Part shown: piece after piece, positions 11,233-20,890 of the stretch
Numbering within the stretch: position 1 is the first letter of the stretch
Layout: the number at the start of each line of letters is the position of its first letter
Assembly (NCBI GenBank): GCA_002256025.1
Contig: NKIB01000357.1
Location: forward strand, 1 to 33,363
From: Asterionella formosa
Lineage: Eukaryota
Length of the DNA stretch: 33,363 bases
Direction: 5' to 3'
The notes under the pieces: generated by a model
What the model saw: only the letters and a program-made list of their open reading frames with translations
The model's database searches: none
Told to the model about the DNA's origin: nothing
Position numbers and translations under genes: made by a program

Positions 11233-11886
11233 TACTTCAGTGTCCTGGACCCCCTCCCCCCCAATGTACACTGCTGTGACTGAATTTGACTGATTTTACT
11301 AAAGGGTCTAGGAATATGTTGAGATTTCCCTTATAATAGGCCTAAGTAAATCTTTTTAGTTCTACAGGATGGTGCATTTCATTTCATTCTAATATTTATT
11401 CATATGCTCACTATTTCTGTTAAGTGAAAACTAAGAAAGTTATTCACCTTGCAAGAAAAATGCGATATCACAGTGCTATCGGCGACTTCAATTTTCGTTG
11501 TCAAGATTCCTTTTATTAAAATGATTCTTTTAGAATTGTATTTTCTATATTGTTCTTGATAAATGTTCCAGATAGCAATATTCTCAGTTTTCATGGAGAG
11601 ATTCATTATTTTCGTCATGGTTGAGGCAGAGACGACATGATGCAAGATTCTCCCAATTTCCACAACAACTACTGGTATACTGCAGTGATTTATATTTACA
11701 AAAGAATCGCATTTTTTTAGCTTAATAATTATCTACCAGTGCTTACGAGGGCCAACAGAAATAACGCACGTTAATTTTTCCATGTCTAGAAAAATATTGG
11801 GTGTTGCTTTGGTACCACCTCGAGAAAAATGTACTGAGGGGTCCAGCAACCATATCGGTAGGGGGGGGGTCAAGGACACTGAAGTA
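11233..11886. mobile_element. MITE (non-autonomous DNA transposon, ~654 bp) with terminal inverted repeats and apparent TA target-site duplication; Tc1/mariner-like by TSD
   Basis: Left end TA|TACTTCAGTGTCCTGGACCCCCTCCCC (from 11231) is the near-perfect reverse complement of the right end GGGGGGGGGTCAAGGACACTGAAGTA|TA (11861-11888). The interior is AT-rich with no transposase. The TSD boundary could shift by 2 bp. Confidence 0.85.
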
Positions 11887-12103
11887 TACGGTTCTAGTTC
11901 TCCACTAGCTAGGCCAAATTGATCTTGCTTCATGAATCTTACTTTCTTGGACTTGTTCTTCACCTCAAACCACTCTTTCTCATTGGCTAATTTCGTATAA
12001 TTCTTAATTCCAATTGTTTCAGTCTTGCAAGTTAATCTTGCTTCTCGCACACCATCTGTAGGAATTGCTATTCCATTTACGAATCCCGCATATATTTTTC
12101 TGA

Positions 12104-12432
12104 CACATTCACCCTTCGCCATAGTCAAACATTTGTATTTTCCGGGTTGTGTTACCATATTTTTCCTATAGGTAAAACTTCTTCTTCGAGTTTCACCAAA
12201 GTTTTAATAAAACCTGCCTCTCAACAAATGCATATAGTACTTTATGTTACTCCTTCTTATTTTGGAAAAATCGGCTATTGAGATACCCCTCAAACACAAT
12301 GTAGCATGAGAAAACCACTAGTAATGTTAAATCAACCAGATGATCAACAATGGTGGTGCTTTTGGTTGCATTGGTGAACTAGCTAATGAACAGATATAAT
12401 GATAACAAACTAACTATAGGAATTAATGATTC
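12104..12432 (-). repeat. Dispersed repeat, copy B (inverted relative to 812-1152)
   Basis: Reverse complement aligns to 812-1152 with scattered substitutions and indels. Confidence 0.85.
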
Positions 12433-12480
12433 GATAGTATGAGTGAAAAATCTCCAAAATTATCAAATCACCACGATTTG

Positions 12481-12607
12481 CGATTTTCGACTTCTTCATC
12501 TCTTGGTAAATCTTGGCAGCATTCCAGACTTAAGCTTTCTCATGTGAAGAAAGCGTTAGTCTGGAAAGCTGCCAAGATTCGCTGAGAGATGAAGAAGTTG
12601 TAAATCG
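12481..12607. repeat. Long inverted repeat / fold-back hairpin, 60-bp arms, 7-nt loop
   Basis: Arm 12481-12540 pairs with 12548-12607 without gaps. By hand count on the + strand: 51 Watson-Crick pairs, 4 G-T and 5 mismatches; loop CATGTGA. Confidence 0.95.
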
Positions 12608-12809
12608 AAATGCAGTGATCGACCCCTCGTTTCGCTTCAGTCGATTGGCATCATGAAAACAATATTGATTTAGCTAAGAAAACATAAGACTAATAAGGAT
12701 TCTTTTTACAATTACTTTCAATTGCCTTTCTATCAACGAACATTTGAAGCACAAAAGGTTGCATGTGGAACTGAAGTATCTTCTTCACACCCTGAATTTC
12801 AGGTCAAAC

Positions 12810-13222
12810 CGTGATAATCAGACACGACGAGATTATATATACAACGTGTTCAACGCTAACGCATATCAGCCATCAACAGAAGAACAAATGAAATTATTCA
12901 TTCAGGGAGGTTGTATACGAATGTCCGATAGTTCGTGATAAGACACGACAAGATTATATACAATTTGTTCAACGCTAACGCATATCAGCCGTCAACAGAA
13001 GATCAAATGATATTATTCATTCAGGGAGGTTGTACTCGAATGTCCGATACTTCATGATATATAGACACGAAGAAATTACAAAGAACTTGTTCAGCGCTAA
13101 CGCATGTCAGCCATTAACAGAAGAGCAAATGAAAATATTCATTCAGGAGGGTTGTAAACTAATGCCCGATATTTCGTGATAAACAGACGCGAGGAAATTA
13201 TATGTATAACTTTTTCAACGCT
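12810..13222. repeat. Tandem repeat, ~3.4 copies of a 119-124 bp unit
   Basis: Unit starts 12810, 12934, 13053, 13175; conserved TTCARCGCTAACGCATRTCAGCC, AACAGAAGA and TATTCATTCAGG. Confidence 0.95.
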
Positions 13223-13424
13223 CGATGGTCGCTAATAAATAGACGGTTCATTCTTTTAACAAAAAAGCGTGACTTTGTTCCTAAAACTAACCTTTGAAAA
13301 ACGAAATCAGTGGTCAGCTTCTTGCTTATGGTCGCACCCATTCTAATCCTCCAACAATTTTATTGCTGCCCTTGAGAATATCGATTTATATAGTCCAAGA
13401 ACAAGCAAGTGGTTATAAGGTACA

Positions 13425-15158
13425 ATGGAGAGTTCATCATTTGATTTGAGTACCTACCGCTTTGGACAGCCGACTGTGTCCGGGCTGACTCCAGTTCATT
13501 CCTTTGACAATATTGTGAACCAGGCGGCACCATTGCCACAGTCAAATGGTACTGGCCCTTCCATTGCATTTTCGCAGCAATTCGATAGTCATAACTCGCC
13601 TACAATGTCAGTACACCGCTCTGCAAACAGAAAAAAAACATTAATGTCGCCTTTGACAACTCCTCAGTTCCTTACATGGAGGTTAGACCCGGATGAAAGT
13701 CTTAGCGATTGGACACTGACTGTCGCAAGCATTGCAAGTTTAGACCAAAAGAAGAACGAAAGGGAGAATGCAAATGAAGATCGAAACCAAGAGTCTACTG
13801 GACGGGGAATCACGTCTTCATTCTTTATGGCACATGGAGTTGATCATCCAACAAAAAAATACTTTGTTCATAGAACTCAACTGGCAGTAGGTCCGAGAAA
13901 GAGTGAATACTTTGCTAAGCTTTTTAGGAACAAACAGAAGAAAGGATCAAAGGCCAACGGAACCAGAATAGAGCTCCGCCCATGCGCTGCAAACGCATTC
14001 CCTAGTATGCTCGATTTTATGTACTCTCCTCCGGGATCTCCCGTGGATGTGACAACTGATTCTGCGGTTGCGTTGCGTCACTTGGCAACGTGCTTCGGAA
14101 TTCGAGAGCTTTTTGATTCTGTAACAGAATTCATTAAGGATGATCTATGCACTGACACAGCAGCAACATATTTAATGGAAGCGGCATCTTTTCGTCATGA
14201 GAAGCTCTTTGATGTTTCTCGCAAGGTTTGTTCTGAAAATTTTGAAGCTATCAAATTCAGCCAGATAGTCATACTTTCTGCAGACTTATTTGAGAAAGTG
14301 ATTTTGTCGGATGAACTGGTGTGTTCTAGTGAAGTTCTGAGCTCCCGGGTAGCTTCCTACTGTAGATGTCGCCCAGGAGCTGTTGATGTTGACATGCTCA
14401 AGAGGATTACTTGCAGCAGCAAGATGCCTCGAATCGCACCCGAAGCTTCCCTCTTCTTCCTGCACCTCCTGTCCGAGATTGATGGTGACGAAGAAAGTGT
14501 CAGCACTTCAGCTCCGAGCAAAACCCAAGACTTGTACAAGAGATGCCTTGTAGCATCTGCAGAAATAGTTCGAATGGCTGTTGAAACGAAGCAGGCGTCA
14601 CCGTCGAAAAAGTCAATCGACAGCCGACCGAAAAGAATTGCTGTCAAAGAGTACAATTCCCTCTCTGCTGCTACCAAGGTTGATTTACTTGAGCATGCAT
14701 TATCAGATAGTCCAACTCTGGATGAATTGATGGAATTAGATATTGCCCGTAAAGAGTCGACGAAGAAGCACGCCCATGATAGCGCTAAGAGGCTGCAAGA
14801 ATTGGAGGCGGAGATGTTGCGAATGAGAAGGAGCTATGAGAAGAAACTTACGTTACTTCAAGCAACAGTCGATGCTCAAGAACAAGAGATCCAGTCATAT
14901 GCAACTGAGCTATCCAAGTTCTCACGAGTTCCAAACGCATTTAGAGCGCCTTCCCAATTACCCGAGTGCACTTTCCAGGGAAAACCAAAATTTGATGAGT
15001 ATGGGAGCTCTATCTACGGGGAAATACCACCTTCGGCGATGCCAATATTTGGGCGCCAAACAAGGGATGGATGGGTCTACAGAGAAGACCAGTTGTTAAA
15101 CGACGGGCGACAAGTGCATGCCCTATGGCCGATGTATTTCTACAAAGGGGACGCTTAA
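13425..15158 (+). CDS. BTB/POZ domain protein with C-terminal coiled coil, 577 aa
   Basis: LTWRLDPDESLSDWTLTV...YFVHRTQLAVGPRKSEYFAKLF...AFPSMLDFMY...ALRHLATCFGIRELF is a BTB signature of a type common in diatoms. A heptad-rich segment (LQELEAEMLRMRRSYEKKLTLLQ) follows. Confidence 0.88.
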   Translation: MESSSFDLSTYRFGQPTVSGLTPVHSFDNIVNQAAPLPQSNGTGPSIAFSQQFDSHNSPTMSVHRSANRKKTLMSPLTTPQFLTWRLDPDESLSDWTLTVASIASLDQKKNERENANEDRNQESTGRGITSSFFMAHGVDHPTKKYFVHRTQLAVGPRKSEYFAKLFRNKQKKGSKANGTRIELRPCAANAFPSMLDFMYSPPGSPVDVTTDSAVALRHLATCFGIRELFDSVTEFIKDDLCTDTAATYLMEAASFRHEKLFDVSRKVCSENFEAIKFSQIVILSADLFEKVILSDELVCSSEVLSSRVASYCRCRPGAVDVDMLKRITCSSKMPRIAPEASLFFLHLLSEIDGDEESVSTSAPSKTQDLYKRCLVASAEIVRMAVETKQASPSKKSIDSRPKRIAVKEYNSLSAATKVDLLEHALSDSPTLDELMELDIARKESTKKHAHDSAKRLQELEAEMLRMRRSYEKKLTLLQATVDAQEQEIQSYATELSKFSRVPNAFRAPSQLPECTFQGKPKFDEYGSSIYGEIPPSAMPIFGRQTRDGWVYREDQLLNDGRQVHALWPMYFYKGDA

Positions 15159-15839
15159 TTTTGTTGCACCTAAAGTTTTAAAATAGAATATATTAAAGAG
15201 TATTGCAACAGCGGGAAAACTAGAGTTCCAGAGTCGTAGCAATGTGGCATTTCGTTTTTAAGGCGTACGATATCTCTAAGTGCGTAATAGTTGGCGACAA
15301 AGCACCACTTTTCATAAGAAGCTTCGAAGTCACTTTAAATCGGATTTGAACATCCAACAAAACGGAATATGGCAAGATATTGGTTCCCTATCAAGAATCA
15401 TAACATTTTTCATAGACTATACTACCGGTACTAGCAAAACTTACCGGGATCTCTATTTTGTTCCAGTCTACCGGTACATACCGGTAGTGCAATTTATTTT
15501 TTAAATATAGTGTTACATTTACCGGGAAACTATTAAATATAATTTTTTTTAATGATTCTCCTCATCAATATTTCTCCTTTATTTGATACTAACGCACCGA
15601 TGCTTACAAACCTGTTCGTCACAACATAAATTTTGTCAGCAGCTCGCCATTTTTGTCATCACCTGATTTGCCCTTGCTTTGTACGATTTCCCACCAAACA
15701 ATTGCAGAAGACATCAATCTGTTCTCCCACTGGGTTTCTGGTGGCTTAAAATCTGTTGTGGATTGAACAATACAGGTGAACAGTACATTGGAACTGGTGC
15801 TTCTACTGACCGCTGTGGATTTCTTGCTCAATTCTCTGA

Positions 15840-17069
15840 ATGGTTTTGGCGATCTTAGGTCGAAGGAGCTTTACGTCACGGCACATCAAAGACATGAAAC
15901 TACAGCATTCTTTCACGATTGCTTTCTCGGCACTCAATCCTGCGCATTTAAGAAGATCAAATAGAGTCGTTGTGAGAAGTTTCCTTGCGCCGTCGACACA
16001 ACTGAAATCAGTCCTTGACGATGACGATTACGGTGACGTGGATATCACGGCATCCTTTGCGACAAACTACCATGCCCCAGTCATGGCGGTCGAATGCGTC
16101 AATGCACTCTTGGGATGTCAACGTGGCGAAAAGGGAGAGTCTCCTTTGATTTTTGTGGATGCAACGCTGGGAGGAGGAGGCCATTCGTCAGCAATCTTGG
16201 AAAGGTTGGGTCCCGGTGACGTGCTCTTTGGATGCGATGTTGACAGTGATGCACTAGAAACTGCATCAAGTCGTCTATCAAAATACATGCGTCATGATGG
16301 GACAAAACAACCTCTATTTGTGCCAGTGAAGTCAAACTTTTGCGATTTAGCCACAGTGCTGCCCCGCGTCGAACACCCGATTACTGAAATGCCTATCTTT
16401 TGGGATGGAGTCGATGGTATTCTTATGGACCTTGGGGTTTCTTCTTATCAAATAGACACCCCTGGTCGAGGATTCGCATTTATGAAAGACGGTCCATTGG
16501 ACATGAGAATGGGTGATGGAAGCTTGACAGCAGCAGACGTCTGCAATGAATTTGTTGAGGAAGAGCTGAAGCGGATTTTCAAAGTCTACGGCGATGAGCC
16601 GCGAGCACGAAAGGTGGCAGCATCTATTGTAATACACCGGCCGCTGAGAACTACGCAAGAACTGGTCGAAGCTGTCGCCGCCGTTACCCCTGAGTTCAAT
16701 CGAAATCGTCGCCTAGGTAGAACTGCTACTTTGGCAAGAGTCTTTCAATCTCTGAGAATTGTTGTCAACCGTGAAGATGTCGTCCTTGAGAAAGCTTTAC
16801 TGGAAATGTGTCCTACATTGATACGTAAGGGGGGCCGGCTAGTGGTCTTGAGCTATCATAGTATGGAAGATAGAGCAACCAAACGAGTGTTAAGAGATGG
16901 AACAGTCAAACGGTATAAGCTTGCAGCTGAGCGAGACATATACGGAAACTACAATGGAGTCCCCCTTCCATGGAAGACAGTTGGAAAGAGGCAGAAGGCA
17001 ACAGACGAAGAAATTGAAGTTAATTCGAGAGCGCGAAGCGCCATGCTGCGAATTGGAGAAAGAATGTAG
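15840..17069 (+). CDS. rsmH: Organellar 16S rRNA m4C methyltransferase RsmH/MraW (METTL15 family); start at 15840 or 15894
   Basis: HAPVM, VDATLGGGGHS, DLGVSSYQID, RGFAFMKDGPLDMRM, YGDEPRARKVA, RVFQSLRIVVNRE, GGRLVVLSYHSMEDR, NSRARSAMLR; N-terminal Ser/Arg-rich extension. Confidence 0.95.
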   Translation: MVLAILGRRSFTSRHIKDMKLQHSFTIAFSALNPAHLRRSNRVVVRSFLAPSTQLKSVLDDDDYGDVDITASFATNYHAPVMAVECVNALLGCQRGEKGESPLIFVDATLGGGGHSSAILERLGPGDVLFGCDVDSDALETASSRLSKYMRHDGTKQPLFVPVKSNFCDLATVLPRVEHPITEMPIFWDGVDGILMDLGVSSYQIDTPGRGFAFMKDGPLDMRMGDGSLTAADVCNEFVEEELKRIFKVYGDEPRARKVAASIVIHRPLRTTQELVEAVAAVTPEFNRNRRLGRTATLARVFQSLRIVVNREDVVLEKALLEMCPTLIRKGGRLVVLSYHSMEDRATKRVLRDGTVKRYKLAAERDIYGNYNGVPLPWKTVGKRQKATDEEIEVNSRARSAMLRIGERM

Positions 17070-17092
17070 ATTTCTTTATATTGGCACTCCAT

Positions 17093-19272
17093 CTATGCGA
17101 GAACATCATCCGATGCACTATAGCCTCGTTGCTTTTGCCAAGCTGTTATGAATTCATCGCCATTTTCAGGTATGTCCGGCATAGTGGGAGCCTCCAATGT
17201 AGCTTCACTAGAGTCATTATCGTCCAAGTTACGTGTCAGCTTTTGGGTTAGATTGTCCACAGTGTCTGTGTCGTCAATGTCTTCCTCTATCAAAAGGAAC
17301 TCCTTAGGTGAAATCTTTTTAAAAGGCTTCTCTCGGAAGATCTTTACCGGTATAGGGTCAGACTTATCAATGGGTACCAACTTGGCAAGGGTATCTCGTA
17401 AGTAGTGGATCTCGGCCTCTGATCGCTGTCGCATTTCTTGTTTCTTCTTGTCTTGTTCGGAGGGGTCCGCAATTTGCCTCAATTCTTGCTTCGCTGCTTC
17501 AGCATCATAAATCATTTGGACTCGTCGAATGGCACTTTTTGCTGTGCGTGCCTGTAATCGCCGAGAGGTAGGTTCTTCTCCTTCCCGCAGTGGCGTCATG
17601 TGGTCAAACCCATAGGCTAATCCAATTCCAAAGGTTTGCTGAACTGCTACTCCTAGCGGGTCTTTGAAATTACCGCTATCATAATCTCGTTGATGCTCTG
17701 ATGCAAGAACTTCCATGGCTCGTGATTTCCATTCCGTACTGGGAATTGGTACATTCTTTCCCCTCTCTGTGCTCGCTATTCTGTTGTTACATTCGTCAAA
17801 AACTGATCGCCGAATGGTAGCCTGACTTTCCTTCATCAACTTGTCAGGCACAGTGCCTTGGAAAAAGAGCCGATAAACAGCGTTGTCTAATATTGTTGGG
17901 ATGGTATCAGTAAGTCGTTGAGGTTCACGCCAATTCAATCGATATCGCCATTTGGTTCGCTTTGACATTTCTTTCGCATTGCTCAATATGCTTCTCAATG
18001 TCTCTCTTTCTGTAGCAAGAGAAATATCGTGTGTTTTCTGTACTCGGAATAGTCTTTTAATTGCCATCAAGTGTGCAAGTGGTCTACAGTGAAAGGAGAC
18101 TTTTGTGAGGGAGACAATTAGGCAAGCAGAATGTCCAATGCTCTCACGGTATAATATACTAACCCCAGTGCAGCAAAGAAAAACGGAATGGCCCAAAGTA
18201 CATCAACTTTTGAAGGTGGTATTTTTGGTAGCAATGAAAGACCCGAAAATAACTTGGATAGATCTGACGCGACCCCAATTGGAGCTGTCCACAGGACAGA
18301 TTGCGTTAATTTCTGCATCTGCACGGTGCCTTGGGTAAGGGGCAGAGGCTCGCGTCTAAGTTCGTAGAGAAGCTTGGGGAATTGATTCAGGGAAGCTACA
18401 ACTCCTATTCGTGTCAAAACCTGAAGGATAGCAAAAGGAACACCAAAGAATAATTTTTGTTGTTTCGTAAGCACCAACGACACTCCAAGCAAAGCAGTTC
18501 CTGCAATGCTAGACACCCAAAATTCGATGAGTGCGAGGACAACGTCACGGCAAGATTTCTCTGGGTCTTCCCAATCGACTATATGTGTCACAAAGTGACG
18601 GAATTCGGGTTCAATCCGTTCGAGTTCTTCTGGCATGGGTTCATGAGGGGGCATCGATCGCCTTTTCGCACGCAGAAGAAATAACGGTATCATCACGAAA
18701 GTGGACCAGAATTGCACATCAAAGCCCTGCTGAAAAAATCGAATTATCCTACTTTTGTTTGATATCTTCGCCATTATAAACGCCATCCCGATTGGAGCAA
18801 TGATAAAGCGCACCAAATCAGGCAAAATAGGGCGGCGTTGTGCCGCAAAGTTGTCCAACATTTCACGTCTCTTAACTTGTTGCAGATGACCGCTAGCTTC
18901 GTGAATCTTGATGATGCGATCTAATCTTTCAATATCATCGTAGACATTTCCAACTTGCCATTCATAGCTTTCATCGCCTTCGTCGGCGGCGGCGGCCAAC
19001 ATTAGTATCATTGGCGTTTGACCATTTGAGATTCGTCGCTTCATTTGCAGTACCATTGGGCGTGGCGGGGAATACATTGGTTCTAATTTTATTGCGCGTC
19101 TGCTGGGTTGGAACATTGCATGGCAAGTTCGGAAGGTAAGTATTTTGACTGGCGCCAAAACTCCAGCCACCATCAGCAATGACATCGAGGGACGAACAAA
19201 AACTCGACAACGACATGGAGGAGCAGTTCGCCTTTTGCTTGGACCAGCTTTTATCAGACCGCTGATTACCAT
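17093..19272 (-). CDS. Uncharacterised multi-pass membrane protein; exons 19272-18164 and 18083-17093 (~699 aa from the first ATG; true start may be downstream)
   Basis: Two long ORFs are joined in frame (ALG|PLAHLM) by an 80-bp intron at 18163-18084 (GTTAGT...CTCAC...TAG). There are several hydrophobic helices and a charged C-terminal region; no family recognised. Confidence 0.8.
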
Positions 19273-20890
19273 ACTGGTGAGGTAGGTTTGTTATTTACGT
19301 GATTGTTGGTTGGTTGGTTGATTGATTGATTGGTTTGAGCCGCCAAACTCCAACTACCCGTAGATAATCAACGGCTGTGTTGAGGATAAACGACTACGCA
19401 CCTGTACAAGGTACCAGGTACCATAATGACACTAGCTATGCAGTGCTGCAATGACTGCACAGTCTGCACGACCAACAGTCATGAAGAATTTCATGGAACA
19501 ATTAGGTGGGGGATTTAAGGTTAAATTAACTGCCCCTGATGTTCATCTTTGGTTAATCCGCACCTAAAAAATCAGGAAATGATTGAGAATATTTTCTTGT
19601 CCTATGCTACAGACGAATGATGGTACAAGGCTATAGACAAAGTCAAACTTCCTCTTCAGTTACAAGAATGACTCACTCCTTTCACTACTTTTGCACAGAG
19701 CAAAATAGGTTATGGATCACCTCCAGGTGCTGAGAGAGTCATGAAGTCACCATGCACTATGGTAGGAATCATCTACGCTAACAAAACTAGGGAAGCACAT
19801 GGACTTGTCAGCTGGCTGTGCTAATAAAAAACCATGTGTAACCACAAGGTCTTAGAAAGAGCATAACAACAAGTGATTAACCTTATATATTGAGATATGT
19901 TAAGGACATCATTTCTGGAGAGAAACTGCAGCCAGTTATCGTTTTTGGAATCGTAACTATCCCAAAAATAGCTAGTAAAAAGGGGCTACAAAGCATCTAC
20001 AATGGATAACTGCGGTTTCTCTCAAGAAGTTAACAAGGCTTGAAATCGTAGATGTGATTATCATTATGCCTTGTGTTGGTTCTTGGCAGTGAGATCTTAA
20101 CGTTGTTTTGTGCAACGCCTGGATTTAAGACGAGCTGGTCATGCATGTTGACGGGTCTTATCAGCCTCCCTTTTGAGGTGGTTGCAAAACAAGCAATTCG
20201 CAATGTATTGTCGCTGTTCTTGTATTAAATTCTTCTACTCATGTCTATTGACTAACGAATGGTCAACGAAAAAGGGAGGGGGTCCAGAGCAAACATTCCA
20301 ATCGGAGCGCGACTCTAAACAAATTGAGGTCAGGTTCACAGAAATTCTAGACTACTTAGAACATATATTATGTACACCATGCGGTTCGGAACTATGTAAT
20401 AGTAGGAAGGGCTGTTAGCCGGATAATCATTGGAGCTTGCGCTTCATGAGAGGCGGTGACCTAAAGTTTGGTTGCAACTATACATGAACAGAGGGAGCAC
20501 CAGGGTACCAGTAACTGCATACAACGTGATATACCTAGTACCTGGTAATATCTGTTTCCTCGTGCCGAATCAGCATTTTGAGCCGCAACCATCATTCTTC
20601 ATTTGGTTCGCTCATCATTACTTAGCATTTATTACCAGTATATAAGGAGTACTGTACCTGGTACCCTGGTACCTGGTACTTGCCAAGTGTGGACCACCAT
20701 TACTTTATACCTACGCTGGTAACTTTTAAGTGCCGGTATGCTATATCATAACGGTGTTATGATTTGTATTTGCTAAAATGATTCACAGGATGACGGATTG
20801 AAATTCAGTGCAGTCGTTGTAGAATATTGCTGGACTCTTTTGTTATTATCACTCCTCGCTCGTCTCATCATCGCCAACACCGTGACCGTC

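Noticed and set aside
11733..12158. 141-aa ORF
   Set aside because: It is chimeric, running from the dispersed repeat into the MITE right TIR, and the homologous copy near 1100 does not preserve it.
12810..13222. CRISPR-like array
   Set aside because: Whole units are homologous with no unique spacers, there are no cas genes, and the context is eukaryotic.
19430..20450. Possible gene between the divergent membrane-protein and ECT genes
   Set aside because: Only short broken ORFs, with no convincing splice model or motif.
20798..20890. Signal-peptide-like N-terminus of ECT in the ORF track
   Set aside because: It starts at TTG, not ATG; the first in-frame ATG is 20891.
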